Below, piece by piece: positions 39,120-53,666 of a DNA stretch of 64,000 bases; the stretch's first letter is position 1, and the number at the start of each line of letters is the position of its first letter. This DNA comes from Strigamia acuminata (taxonomy: Eukaryota). The DNA lies in assembly GCA_949358305.1 (NCBI GenBank), contig OX442314.1, positions 11,470,001 through 11,534,000 on the forward strand, in the 5' to 3' direction. The translations under genes and the position numbers were made by a program. The notes below the pieces were generated by a model. That model searched no databases. It had not been told where the DNA came from and worked only from the letters and a program-made list of their open reading frames with translations.

Positions 39120-42090
39120 CTTAGTATAATCTAGATTTTGCTTCACTATACTAGCAAAATCCCAATTCGTGACAAGACTTAAATCATTCTTTCGCAAGTT
39201 AAAAAAAAAATTGAAACAGGAAAAAAGAAAAAAGGGATTTTGGAGAAGATCTTTTACAAGTCGGTCGGACCAAGAGAGATTTGTTTTTTACGACTGCCTA
39301 AAAAAGAAGAAAAAAGAAAGAGGGGGGTTGTGGAGGGTGGGTAAAGTGAAAGAGAGGCTAAAAAGGACCTCGAGACGATCGCACAGGGACTAAAACTATG
39401 TACACGTCTTTTCCCTTCCATTCGCTCTTCCATTAGACTAAATCAAGGCAGAGCTTCGACACCTCATTTCGTTTCCTCTTGTTCCTCCATAAAAATCCTC
39501 ATCGGTGACGAGTGCCCCCAACCAGGAATTAACATGCAAATTTGCACAAAACTTGTGCAATAAAGTTAACACCGCCTTTGGCCTCCACCCAAAAAGAAGT
39601 TGAACGCAGATAGAAACGAGTGAAATGCAACAACTCATTTCACATTTCCATTTACCAAATTAATTTTTTTCAAAAAAAATTAAAAATTAAAAATATAATT
39701 TTAACAAAACAAGAAATAAATTTAAAAAAATAAATAAATAAGCCTAAATTAATTTTTTTAAAAATATTTTTTTTTGATTTTGTTTCAAATATTGGCACTA
39801 GAGGGGGCACGAGTCGTAATTAGAAATCTAATAAATCGGATTTTTAATTCAAGGATGTGGATTCTTTTCTCTGTTTGACCTCGTCTGGGGCAGGTGCATC
39901 TTCCAAGAGCGCTCCACCCACCCACCCATACTTGAAAAAGAAGTGCCATTGTTTTCAAAAGTATCCAGGCTGAGGTCGAAGTCGGTCGAGACAGGATGAC
40001 CCTCCTTCTCCTGTTGGCCAGCCTATTAATGAAAAAAAAAAAAAAAAAAAAACCCCTCCCCGACGTCTTGTCAGGTGATAGCACCGGCAGATTGGAATGC
40101 CGTCCGACTGGGTGTGAACCAAGCTTCGGACGATGCTCTTTTGTCATCGCCATCAGCGTGACGTCACGTCAGTCGCAGTCATCCATCAAAAACTTGTGGG
40201 ATCAATTGCACCCAGACGTATAGAAGTCAGAAAAGTAGAAATAAAACGAAATTCCTCACCGCAGGAAAAGAAAATTGAGGAAAAAAATGCCGTTGGGGGG
40301 AGGGCGAGGGGGTTTTGTGGGCGAAAAAAATAAAAATTGTTGTTGAAATCCCGAAATAATTAAAACGTTTCGGTCAAATTCTCCTCCCATGAACTGACTT
40401 TGCCCACAAAAGGTGATGCAGATGTAGGGGGCGTATCTGTAGGTCAGAATCAGCAAAGAAAAATGAATAAATAAATAAATAATTTTTTTTTTCCGAAAAT
40501 TTTTAGGTACTAAATTAGTTTGAACTCGTATAAATTGAAAAACAAAATAGAAAGAACGATCGCGCGTTGAAATTAGGGTTAAATGGGTCAAGTTAGGAAT
40601 CGATGGCAGTTTAATTTCTAACCACTCTCTGCTCGTGGAGGTACAAATTAAATTTTTCAGTTGACACCTAAAATGGATCAAGTGGAGTGTTGATAAATTT
40701 TTCCACTAGTATATATAAAAAAAAAAAAGAAAAGAAATGATGGGAGTTCATCTTTCTTAAACCACTTTCCTCATCGTGCCGCTAGGAGATGCGATCAAGA
40801 GCATGAAAAAAGACCTGAATTTCGATGCAAATTATGACGGCGGAAATTTGCCACGAGATAAATTTATTCGATTTTCACGTCTGGGTTCAATTCCAATCCC
40901 TTAGACTACGTAATAAATAGCTAAAATAAAAGAAATCAACTTTCTAACGTATAAATTCTATTTTAAAACCAAAAAAATAGATAAAAACAGTGCATAAACT
41001 TGACTTTTTCAATTTTATCAGCTTGTAAAATCTGCAAACTTAGTTGAAAGGACCCCATATGAATTCGCTCAAACTTAAGTCGTGTAATTGCGCAAGGGCA
41101 CGAGGCAACTCGATTCAACCCACTTGGACTCGCACATGCGCACCGAACAACAACCCCTTTGTCCGCAAACAGATGCACACACATATCACGCGAATGAACC
41201 CAGGTATATTCTGACTGCTGCAAGACTGACAAGATGCTAATCCTAGCTCGTGAACTAAATTTACCACACATTTAAAAATAAAACTTAAAACAAAATTTTA
41301 AAAAAAAACCGTCTCCTTTTTTAACCTTTAAACCGCACGATCCTCCCCATCACCTACAAACCGTGAAAATGGGATTAACGGCCAAGAAATCGACTCCAAT
41401 CTCACTGCACATGTCCAATATAGTGGTCATCGCACGTTTGTCACCCCTTATCTCAAAAGCTGTTTGACACCTGTCATTTAAAGCCCCAATTCCAAAAAAA
41501 AATCATTAAATCGAAAATAATAATAAGATGAAAAAAGGTAACCCCCCCCCCATGCCCCCCCCCCCCCAATAAAAAAGCAGTCCAATTTCAGTTAAGAAAG
41601 ATAGATATCGCATGAATAATATTAAATGTTCGTCTTCTTGTTGCCCATTTATTCCCTGGGGCTCGCAACCAAGACAGCTCTCAAAGTGACACCACTTCAT
41701 GTCATCTCCCATGCAAATTAGACTTGCACTTCTCTCCCCCTTTCGCACGGGATATGAGCAAATTTCACCCATTGCGACGACATATTTCCGCATTCGTATG
41801 TGTGATGGCCTCGCACAACCGAGTGATCCTCAGCATTCCAATGACGAGGGGCTCCGACGAATGTCACCCGTCGCCCTCATCACAGTTGCATTATGTCCAC
41901 AGTTGCAACCGATCCATCATTTGCATATACATCTTTTGACGGCGAAACAAAACGAGATATTCAACTTGCTGGACCCAACCTCATTCATCCACCACCCCCA
42001 CACCCTCCCCCACCCGACACACTTCCTGTCACCGTAACCCCCGCGCCAAACCTCCCCTCATTAAAATAAATTGTGTCCCTAACCAAATTC

Positions 42091-42125
42091 TAAAATAAAA
42101 TAAAATAAAATAAAATAAAATAAAA
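42091..42125. repeat. (TAAAA)7 microsatellite
   Basis: Direct reading. Confidence 0.9.
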
Positions 42126-42311
42126 CGAAATCCTAATATTCTTAATTTATCTTCTGAATGAGTACGAGCAAAAGACTCCATGATTGACAGTTTATCAAAC
42201 TACAATGTCGTTGTGTTTATTGTTGCAATACATAATCATAGACACTTAATAATGTTTAATCATAATACAAATAACATTTGTCCCAACAGTATGAGAAAAT
42301 AAAAATAAAAA

Positions 42312-42370
42312 TCGATTACTACTGTTCAGATAACCGGTCGCTTAACATTCGGATAATCGGCGTTCTACCG
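42312..42370. mobile_element. Fragment of the same MITE family (right end)
   Basis: CTGTTCAGATAACCGGTCGCTTAACATTCGGATAATCGGCGTTCTAC resembles 34266-34312. Confidence 0.55.
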
Positions 42371-45300
42371 CGTGTATAAAAATACGAATACATGCATAAA
42401 TTATTTTTAGGTGTGTCACGAGTGAAGGCGTCCAAGTCTTACCGGTAATCATAGGTGTATACACGCAAAAATATTTGCAAGAGTTTGCAATCTTCGACTT
42501 GGGTTTGGTGCAATGTCCTAAAAATAATCTTCGAGCATATGACCCATCAAAAAAAGAAGGAAGAGAAAAAAAAAATGTCGTTATATTAAGCTTCTCCTTT
42601 TCTTTCTCGGCATATTATGGTGATCAGTCATGGCGACCAAAATCATATTGCAAAAAGGGAGAAAGGGGAGGGCAACTCATCTCCATTTGTTATGTGAATT
42701 CGCCCAGACAAAAATTTTGAAACCCTGAAAATGAAGAGTGTGCGAGTGCAGTCTATTATTCTTGAAAGGAGAAGAAAAAAAAATGAAATGTAAGAGAAAA
42801 TGTAAGAAAATGTCCGGTCGAATAATGACCATGCAAAGCTGGGTACTTCATCATCCAAAGAGATGATTTGAAATTTCGCATCAATAGTTTAATACAATGT
42901 ATTAGAAAATGGCTGAAAATTCCACGATTTTCTTCCACGTATATATACATTCACATTTCATCGAGCAGACGCCCTGCAGTCTCGTCAATTCTCGTTCGTT
43001 TCCGCGTTCCGTCCATAAACAAACAAAACAAACATGGTTGCAACCGAATGTCATCAAGGCCAAGTTACAACTTACAAGGCTGAATTAAATCGCTGATATA
43101 TTCATATTTTCATAAAATATGTCCTTGAAAGGTTAAAAATAAGTCCATTTGGACTGTCATGTGAAAGGTGATCTCTCTGACGACGTCGCCAACTGTCCCA
43201 CACGACGTTTCCATCTTTGCTGCTCAACATGGACCGCCGCCATCTATGTTTAGCCGACCAGAATAAACTCCCTGTTGCATCCATCTGCAGTTTCTCATGC
43301 ACCCGACACCAATTACAGCTGCCAAGCCCAACTGCAACTGGTTTAAAATATTTCTAAAAATTTATTTTACATTTTTTCTTACAAATCTTCGACTTCGCAT
43401 AACCATAAGTCGATATTCAATTGTTCGGATAATCGGACATTAGGTTTATACACATACTGTACTGCATATTGTTACGTGTTACTTGGGGTATGCTATACTC
43501 TTGTTCGACTCAAAAGGGTGCCCTTCTCCATACATAACAATTCTTATTCATAAATAAGTTACTTTGAGATTCTTGTGTTAAAAAGCATTAAAACCGACCA
43601 AAAATGGATAAAAATCATCAAAAAACATTAAAAATTGATTTAAAAAACGGATAAAAAAATCGCTGTAAATGAAATTAAAGTTTAATTTCCACAGTTTAAA
43701 CATCTCTTAACGACAAAACTTCTTCCCAGGACGTTTCTGGTTCATAACTAGCAAAATCAACTGACATTAAAATTTAAAAAGGGTTATTAGATATAGATTT
43801 GACCTTTCCTTTGCTATGAAAGATGGATCATGACACACACGATCGCACCTGTAAAGAAAGCAGGCTTAAAACGTGCTATAATGTTGTTTTGCTCGATTTT
43901 CATCAGCCGAGGTCTTTTGTCGTTTCGTTTTATGCGCTGATTAACCTGCAAATATCGCGATGGGTGCTGAAGCGATGACACGGAAGAAGACGAGTCGCTG
44001 GCCTTCTCCAGACCTGTCCGGAAAACGTGTGTCAATAAAAACGTACGAGTCTGTGCTGGCGGGTCAAAACCCTCTTCAAACATCACACGAAGAATAAAGG
44101 CCACCAATTATTTTTTAACAGCCATTCTCAACCATAACTTTTGAACACAAAAATAACAAAACAAAAGAAAATATATTTCTTCTTAACCTCACTTACAACC
44201 ACCAAACCTTCCGCTAGTTGCCACCAGTCGTCACCAAACTCGCACCGCCGAAAAATTATCAAAAATGGCCGCAAATAAACCATGTCAATCCTTTTACTTA
44301 AATTAATAAACATTTTTTCCGATCCAAATGACCAACTTCTGCACGTAATGAACCAAAACATTATTATTTGTCTGATATTTCAACTACTGCTTGTAGTCCG
44401 AGATTGTTTTTTTTTTATATCTCGCAAACCCTATCATTTAGAGCAAATAGCAAAAATGGCTGCAATCAACCACACCCCCGCGTTACTTTATCTTTTTTAA
44501 AGACACAAGTTGAAAAATTCGCTTCGTCGAATGACTATTTAGGTCTACACAAAACACCCAAAAAAAAAAAATTTCCAAAAAAAAAAAATTATTTAATTTC
44601 AACAAACTATAATTTAGCCCGCTTAAAAAGAACAAATCTGTGACGTTGATCACGTAACCGTCAGCCCTACGTCAGCATCGTAGAGCGCGGAATGAATGAA
44701 TCGAGTGGATGAATGGAGAGAACCCTCTCTCACCCTCCTCTTCTCTTCCTCCGTATAAGTTATGCGCCGACGCTTCCTAAAAGCGGCTTCGTTTTAACGA
44801 GGCATCGAGTAAAAGGCTTTTAGAACACCGATCACTTCCGCGTCACTTTACCGAGAGTGACGTTTCTTAAATCAATACGAGCGACGACTATTTTCATTTT
44901 CTCACAACCCACTACTACGCCAACTCGATTGTCATTAACCGCCACGCGCTCTCTCTCTTACAACAGCCAAAAACGCACGCGTTCACTTATATAATCTTTC
45001 AACGCCTCCTCAACTAAAACAACCACAGAAAAAAAATAATACAAACAAACAATTTAAATTATTACTACCCAGAAGTCACCCACGGTAAATTGATTAAGTG
45101 CAATCCATAACCCGTAAACCCCGTCAAATAAATCAAAGAATATTAATTATTAGATTAGATGCATAGACTCACGCATCGCAACGTTCTTTTGGGCATAAAA
45201 TAGCCCTTAAATATTATTCTTTTAATCAAATTTCTAATTTTCATCATTTAAAACCATTAAGAAAAAACATTTACACACATTTCTACGCACTAGAAGTAAA

Positions 45301-46342
45301 TTTTCACCACAATTACTTTAAAATAACACAAAATATAAATACGGTCAACGCTTTAACTGCAAGCCAAGTCGAGTAAAAGAGGATCATTAAGAAGGAACCC
45401 ATCTTTCATCAGTCGAGTGTATCTTCCCAAACCCCCACCACTGCTCTCCCACCAACAAGAGTATCTGTTCTCATTAAAAGATGCCAAAATTAACCAGAAA
45501 AAAAAATAAAAACGGTCACATCTTGCCCCCACATATGTCACAATCCTTTACCCACCCCATTGACGTCAAAGGGAGACAAAAAAGGGGATTGGACAAACGG
45601 GTAGCGAGGGGGTAGTCGCACTTTCTGAGTTATGTTTGCATCTGGTGGTAAGGGGAAGAGAAGAAACATCACATCTGGCAATCCACTAACCCTTTGGACC
45701 GGAGCGTTTCTCGTGATGGAGGTCAGTCGAGATAATGCGCACCTTTCCGATAGCTCCGATACTCGCATCCATCAAACCAAATCGATTTTGCTTCTCCTCG
45801 TTAGTTGCTCGACTAAAGGACACGTGACAGACCAGTGGGTCGTCCAATCCCACCCCTCGTTCCCCCCTTCTGGCTTCTCTCGACCCGCATCCCTTTTTCG
45901 TTTGCATCTTTGGTGTTGCTAACAAACGCCTCCAGATACCGAATCTGGCCAATCAACGGACGCCAGGGGTACAAAACACAGCCAGATGGATATCACCTGG
46001 CACCACATTAACCCACCCCTCCAACGTTTCAATCAACACTTTGTGGTTTGCTAGTTAAGTAACGAGTCCATTCGGAAAAGCGAAAGAAAAAAAATTGCCT
46101 TCAATAAACAAAGAAGAGTGACCAGATATACTACAGAAAACTACACACTACAATGTATAATGGACATTTGTATATTCTATATTGCAATATTTAAAGTATA
46201 CCAAAGTTTTGACAACTTCAAAGTCCAAATGTTTACCATAGGCCTACTTTCGATCATAGTCAGTGGTACTTTGACTACTAAAAGCAATGTATAAACAACT
46301 CTTTGTTGTAAATTTAACTTTTCCACGTATAGTTATTATATA

Positions 46343-46526
46343 CAGTCGAAACTCTTTACAACGAATCGCAAGGGACCCGAAAAATTGATTCGTTATAACG
46401 ATAATTCGTTATATCGAAATGTTTTAACATGGTGTTCTACGGCCAGCACACCAAACCAGCCATTTTTAGGTATTCGTTATATCAATAATTCGTTATATCG
46501 CGATTCGTTATAAAGAGATTCGACTG
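46343..46526. mobile_element. pogo/Tigger-like (Tc1/mariner superfamily) MITE, 184 bp
   Basis: 27-bp TIRs CAGTCGAAACTCTTTACAACGAATCGC / GCGATTCGTTATAAAGAGATTCGACTG (2 mismatches), TA on both flanks, and internal TTCGTTATA repeats. Confidence 0.9.
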
Positions 46527-46528
46527 TA

Positions 46529-46655
46529 TACCGTATGTTATCGATCAAGAGCCGCGGCTCTAATTCAAAACTGCCATTTTTGTCAGCAATTACAATTTCG
46601 GTTACATTTGTTTCTTAAGTTCATCATTCTGTCTTACCTAACCTAAACCTAACCC
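46529..46655. mobile_element. Partial copy of the CCGTA-type element family also at 59971-60249, abutting the Tigger-like MITE
   Basis: CCGTATGTTATCGATCAAGAGCCGCGGCTCTAATTCAAAACTGCCATTTTTGTCAGCAATTACAATTT is the reverse complement, with few differences, of 60249-60180. It is followed by cctaacctaaacctaaccc. Confidence 0.75.
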
Positions 46656-48170
46656 GTAGATTATTTTAGAGTAAAATCGATTAAAGAGAATTAGCCATCG
46701 ACCTTGTTGTGCTTAAATGTGTGCTGCTTTGATGCTTTTATTAGACAGTGACGTTGTTAAATGGAGTTTGGAACGATCTCAAAGCAGTGGATATCCCCGG
46801 CTGAGTCTTCGTCTGAGAAGGGCACTATTTTTGGTTCCCCTTTTGCCTCTTCCCATATGGCTAAAAATGGCCAGAGGGGAAGAAAAAGAGGCCAGTAACT
46901 TGCCACATATTCAGCCGGGATAGGATCAAGTTTTACTTTAGTATATAGGGCTAAATGTAGACTCGTTGTTGGTCAAACCTGACTCCTCCTGGTGTTAAAA
47001 AAAGTGTGGATGCGATTACAACATGCATATGTACAGACCGGATGTGGTGTACACACAAAAAACTCGAGAAAAGTTTGGCAAGTGCGTTTTAAATTCTGGA
47101 GACTTCAAAACAACTTCGTGATTTTTTTTTCTTGAAACTTCATCCATAAAGTCTAGAAGAAATTTAAAAAAAAAACAGACGTTGTTTTGAAATTTTCCAT
47201 TTTTGGTCGCAAACTCATTGCAAAATCGTTCAAAAACCAACTAAAAATCGTCTAAAAAATCGACTAAAAATCAGTATTACAGTTTTGTTAATAAGAAACA
47301 AAATGGTCGATATATCTTCAGAACTTTTGGTTATTTATTATTACCATATTTGTCCCTCAGTTTAAAAAAACGTTCACCAAAAAAAAAACAAAAAAAAAAC
47401 TATAAGATGAAGGGGTGGGGTGGAATTGTTTGGCCAGACAGACAGATTGGGTGTCCACACTGTCTGCCTTGCCCAGACGAGGTCAGGGAATGAGGGGGAG
47501 AAAAAGACGGGGTAGGAAAGGAAGAAGGGGCAGTGTGTGAGAGAGAAGGTGCAGGAAGGGGGGTAACAACTTATCCCCAACCATAAACCTTCAACACCTA
47601 ACGACGGACATCGCAGGGGGTGAACTCATTCGATGACGAAAATATTTTCCATAGCAAGTCTTCGCCCTCTTCAACATAACTCCCCTCCATATCCGAGACA
47701 CCAGCGAAAAGAAGAGGGGTATTTAAAAAAAATTGGGAAAAATGGGGGAGGAATAGGAGGGGAAAAAGTTATGCGACCCCAAATGGGAATTTCATTGCAT
47801 AAGGAAAAAAAAAACTTTTTTTACAGGTGTTTAGTTCGAAAAAATTGTCACCAGGGGTAAAAAAGGCGCTCGAGTTGGTAAAAAAAAATTATTCGTGATA
47901 AAAAAAATTTTTCCCAGTCTTTTTGAAGGACTGTTTATTTTGACACCCACATCTGAACCTGTATTTGAGGTCAAAGAACTCCCAGATGTTCCTGAGTAAC
48001 ATATATCATACAGTTGTCATGACTTCGTAGTTTGACGATCTTGTCCGGTCCGAACTCGAGATACACATTACACACAACTTGCAAAATCAGAGGTTTGATA
48101 TTCTACCTCCGAGTTAAGAATTCTTGCCTTCGTATGGGTCCATAGAACGTTTTCGTCCATATTTAGAGTA

Positions 48171-48369
48171 CAGTAAGTCCCCTACATATGAACGATGTTA
48201 TTCTAACAGGATTAAGCCTAGTTAGGCCTAATAATGCTAAAATAAAGTAAATAAACAACAATAAACTCATTATTAAAAGTAATTTACAGCATAGTACCAA
48301 AATATTTTTATTAATTTACCTTATTTTTAGCATTAGGGCTAATATTAGGCTTAATACTGCTAAACAACA
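48171..48369. mobile_element. Tigger-like left terminus followed by a ~175-bp foldback element
   Basis: ta|CAGTAAGTCCCCTACATATGAACG at 48171. Imperfect ~55-bp inverted arms lie at 48196-48252 (..CAGGATTAAGCCTAGTTAGGCCTAATAATGCTAAAATAAAGTAAAT) and 48313-48369 (ATTTACCTTATTTTTAGCATTAGGGCTAATATTAGGCTTAATACTG..). Confidence 0.6.
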
Positions 48370-49793
48370 ACTGGAATCAGAAAATCATCTGCGCAGAATG
48401 GGATGCGCAGTACGAATTTAGTACTGTAGAATCGCAATTATTCAGTTTTCCGGATCATATACGACTCGAGTAATCGTCACAATCGACTAACTGTTCCAAC
48501 GATTGTGTTTACCGTTCATCAATTTGCACGAGAATTACCCATACACAGCTTGGACTTTGTTATCTACAGCGGACATTGTAAAACCACACCTGTTATTACA
48601 CTATCACTCACAACACCGCCGACCGGGTTTGAAATGTAACACAATAAAATGCCCATCCTTAATTCACAATGTGTGGCCGTGTTAAAGTGGTGATGAAACC
48701 ATCTTAAAAACTACGATTAATTGATTTCACAGATTTCAAAGGTTATGCCCGATAATTTCTATAGTCTACTTGACATGAGAAAATAAAAAAAATAATTTTT
48801 TTTTTTATTTTTTTGAAATATCTATGGTGTCATTTTCTGGCCACGTCCATAAAGCAATCAGAACGTAACACGCAGCCCTCTGATTACATCACCGCGTTGA
48901 GAAATAGGAAAAAATTGAAAAATTCGGTTCCAATCACTTTGAATGATTTTATTTATTTTTGTTTAAATTTTGAAATTTTTTTGAAATTTTTATCTGGAGA
49001 TTTTCCCTTTAATAACATCCATAGTTGGTCATTTGTTCTATAGGTTTGTTTCGAAAAAGCACAACAATTTTAATGAGCGGGAGGGACGTGGACGTGAATC
49101 GTGATAAACATGATTAAATCGATTGCTCTTGCGAAGACCCGAAACAGGAAGCAAAAACGAGACGAGTAAAGTATGAAATTGACTATAACTCTATTGACTC
49201 GGGGATTTATTAATCACGCTGATCGATGATCCCATTCAAAACCGTTCGACCAAACACGGCAAAACACGTATCACCAACAATGTAACACATACCCAACGAC
49301 CCATACCCGAGTCATTCAACTCGACACCCAGAAAAATGAAAAAAAAAACAAAAATCGCTAAATAAAGATTTCGAAAACTCTTAACTCTCATTAAATGTCC
49401 AGAAACCCGAGGTTTGTTTAATTGCACCTTACCAAACTTCCTCATTCCGTCCCTCGCCACCAGGTGTCACCCCACATGACCCATCACGTACACCAAGAGC
49501 GAAATAACAGTGTGCGCTGCACAATTCACGAGTGACCACTCTCCACCTCCCCAACTGCCATGCCATCTGTCCGTAGGCCTTTCATTAGTGGTGACCAGGG
49601 GAAAGAAACATAAAAAAAAAATTATTTTCCCATGCAACATCATCATGGTTCAAAGTTAGTAATTACATGCACACTCTCCTTGCATGTAATTGCCTACTGG
49701 ACACACCCTTGCCGCATGTGTACAGAACGCAAACTGACCTCGACGTTACACAATGTTACCAATAACGAAAATTTTAAAATAAAATACCGCTAC

Positions 49794-49881
49794 GTCGTTC
49801 TGTTCAATTTAGACATTTATTTTAGTCGTTATGTTCAATTTAGACATTTATTTTAGTCGTTTAGTTCAATTTAGACATTTA
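49794..49881. repeat. 31-bp minisatellite, ~2.8 copies
   Basis: Unit GTCGTT(C/A)TGTTCAATTTAGACATTTATTTTA. Confidence 0.85.
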
Positions 49882-52800
49882 CTGCGTTACTTAGCATCCC
49901 ACGCTCAATGAGAGCGTTTACAGAATTAATTAATCGTGTTTGAATTTAGAAATGTTTATTAACATATTGTAAATTATTTTTCATTCACAGTCGAGTGTGG
50001 GTGGTGGAAATAAGAGGCGTGTTAAACGAAACGTCTAACCACCGACTGATTTGCCGAGATTTTATCTCGTTAATTGCAGTTTCTTTTTAATTCGAGAGTC
50101 TCTCAAAAGGTGGGAAAAATAATAATACGATAACAACTTTTTTCTCCCCCCATTCACTTCAAATCGTACATTGGTGTTGATTAAATGCGGGAAAAAGAAA
50201 ACAGATCTTTAAAATATTACTGATAAATTTATTTTGAGATAATATTAAAGTAAAAGAAATTTAAAAAAAAAAAAAAATTAATTAATGAATTATCTTGTCA
50301 AATTTTGACCCAAATTGGATCGATTTTTCTTTCTGTTTTTTAAAACTTCGATCAACTTTTTAATCAATATGCAATTTAAATTGAAAAATAAAAATAAAAA
50401 AAAAATCCAAAAAAGTAAATATCTATATATAACAAGAGTAATTTGTGTTGAGCGAACTCACATTGGGCAATCTATTCTACTCAACTTTGACTTAACCTCA
50501 TCTATGACCAACAAAAATCAATATTGATGTTCAGCTCGCTACCAGTTATTATTTTTATCCTCATACCTCTATAAAAACAAATCAAGGAATCATGGCCGCC
50601 CCTCAATTGAAACAACGCACACAAATACATCACTCACAGAATATGGAACCCCAAAATACATTTACAATACCTTTAGTTGTCTTCACATAACACAAAAATA
50701 AAAAGTTATGAATATCGGTACTTACCTAAAAAGAAAAAAATATATTATTAGTTATCAAACAATATTTTCAAACAACAAATCACAAACAAAAAAATTACAA
50801 AAACATGTTTTTGTCTAAAAAAAAGTAAAAAAAATTGTTTTTTCTCTTCAATTTCCTTCCAAAATTGCACCCACAGTGTCCACTTGCCTCGAAATAATTT
50901 CATCGCAACTGTGAACTGACCAATTGCGACCTTCAAACGTGTTGAGACAATACAAGGGGCATCTACCCTTGACCAAAGCAGTACAGACCAGAATCGGTCC
51001 GGTTCATGGAAAAAATTAGCAAGTTATACCTATTATTCTCCCTTGCTTGATGACACAACGTCCACACACAACATCACAACCATCAAACTTTGATTGTTTG
51101 ACCTTGTTCGAAGCTGTGACAACCTCGCCATATTGAAATTAACATCCGGGCGCATCATCACAAAAAACAAAAACAAAAAACAAAACCTCGCGTTTATTTT
51201 CTTTTTAATATCAAAAAAATCATTTTCTCCATTTTTTAAAACCCAAAATAAATAAACTTCAAGGAAGGGGAAGAAAGAAAAAAGAAAAAAAAAAAGAAAA
51301 AAAAAACCACAACGCCGCCTCTTGAGATTATTAAGAACACGTTTGTTGCACGGTTCTTGTGTCAATTAAGGTGGGAAAAAGGATTTTCATTTTTATGATC
51401 CGTGTGAGCAATTTTCTTCATTCTTTTTTTCGAGAAAAAGAAAACTAACACTGAGTGACATTCGTGCCATTAACTCCCAACTCTGACCCTCGACCCAGAC
51501 GAGTTCAAAGGATTACGTGTGGACAGACTGACCTTGGCCTCACTCGTATCCTGTCTGGACACCCCACCAATTTTCCCTATTCCCCAAGAAGACTTTCTTG
51601 TAAGTGGGTGCTACATTCCCCCTCGGCGCCTGTCTCAAGGTCGCACCAAGGGGCTCGCTAACATCCCCTCGCTGACCAGTAAATGGACAAGTGCATTTTT
51701 CTCCCCCAAAAAAAATTTTTTTTTTCCCTTAATACCTAAGTCACGTTCCAAACCACATTTCTTTTTATTATTATTATTTATTTCCGTTTCTTTTAATTTA
51801 AAAATACCACCGGACCCATAATTATTTCACCTTGTCCACAAAAGGCCTTAATTAGCACCCAAGTGACATTTATTCTGAACGTTTCTTATTTTCACGTGTA
51901 TTATTTTAATCAGTAGAAAATCTATTCCCCAGATTTTGCACTTGTCTCCACCATTTCCTGCGCCCAGATCTCGGTGTTTCTGAGGTATAAATCCACCCCC
52001 AACTGGGACTTATCAGACGTTGATCTGTGTGGGACCGGGGACTCCACCCCTCGCAGGTGTACACGTGACAAATGGAGTGCTGTCTTCAAGTCGGCTCAAC
52101 AAATTTCATTTGCCAGAAATGACCACCAGTCAAAATATTTCATTATTTTTCCTCGAAAAAAATTCACAACTCTTTAATTATTATTATTCTCTCTAGTTTT
52201 AAAGTTTTTCCAATCTTACAAAAACAATCGCAGATTTACAATTTAAAAAACACACACAAAATAAATAAACAACAAAATGTTTACATATAAACAACTGCGC
52301 AACAAAAACAAAAGAGATCACAATCTTTCTTCCTTGAACGTACCGTACATATACAACAACACAAATTCCTGTTTTCATTTTCAATTTTAACCGATATTTA
52401 TATATTTTCAGTATCCCCACACACCTCAACCACTTTTTTTTCCTTCTTTTTATCACTTTTCTTCATCTTGATAAACTCCTGGAAACTTGTTTCAAAAATG
52501 ACCCCCTAAGCCCCAAGTAGTTTCTCAAAAAAACACATCATAAATGAATTACAAAAAAAAAATAAAAATAAAAAAACAAAGTCTAAATTAGAAAATAAAA
52601 TTAAGTGAAAAACCAACCTAGCCCATTAAACTCATCCATCTTTGCCTTTTTTTCCTTGCATACACATAGTGGTGTTACGAGCACACTCATTTTTTACTAG
52701 ACCATGTGTAACACCAGATGGTTTTGCTATACACCAATTCTCCTAAGCGCTCGGCCAAACCAGAGCTATATATGTGCGCTGCGTATGATTTATGTCCAAA

Positions 52801-53542
52801 GTCGTGAACGGACAAGGCCACTAGAAGCAAGCAGGCATCAGAGGCCTTCACACTCCATGGTGGTGGACTCCATCGTGGCTTATGCATGGGAGAGAGACCA
52901 CTCCTCCCATTCTTTATCCCTTTCTTCCCCCTGATTTCTCACTCGCAAACCCCCAACATCTGGTCTTTGGAGAGGGCTTCCTGTTGCTGGGCTTCGCATT
53001 TAGCATACGGCAACCATTTATCTCGTGCTCGGCCCCGTCGCCGTGCCCCTTCTTTCCCCTTTGCTGCGCATGTACACATCTCGTAGCCATCAGGGACCCT
53101 CCAAAGATGCCTGTGCCCAGTCAGGGCAGAAGCCTCCATTGCCAATCCAGACATCATAAATTATGCCAAGTCAGTCTGGATTATTCGCTCCCTCTTAAAG
53201 TCAACCCTCTTGCAAAATTCACATCTCCCCTTATATAATACTTCCTGGATTGATATTTCACTTGTGTGGACGCTTTCCTCACATTTGTATTAACTGATTC
53301 CCACGCTCGCCACAGAAACATTCAATTCGTTATGTCGCCAATAATTAGACGTTGGGGACTTTGTCGAACTAGATCCATACACATATTCATAACTTGTGTG
53401 TGCTGTGCTTTATCAAAATTCTTTTGCAGGATGTTTTTGCCATCTTTAGAATAGAAAAGTTTCTTCTGCATTGCAGAAAACTATATCTCAAACGCGTAAA
53501 CTTCGATTCTAAATTCATCTAAAGTGAAGTTTATTTTTAATA

Positions 53543-53664
53543 GGTGCGTTCAAATTGGTTAATCAACATGTTGGGTCAGTTATTTTCGTTTAAGAACTTT
53601 CAATAGTAGAATAGTGAGTCATTTAAGCGATCTTTTAGCATTTGCTTAACCAATTTGAACACCC
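53543..53664. mobile_element. Short MITE (~122 bp), PIF/Harbinger-like termini
   Basis: TIRs GGTGCGTTCAAATTGGTTAATCAACATG / CATTTGCTTAACCAATTTGAACACCC, with TA on both flanks. The superfamily call is inference. Confidence 0.75.
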
Positions 53665-53666
53665 TA

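Noticed and set aside
49794..49881. Repeat array superficially CRISPR-like
   Set aside because: No unique spacers, no cas genes, eukaryotic context; it is a simple minisatellite.
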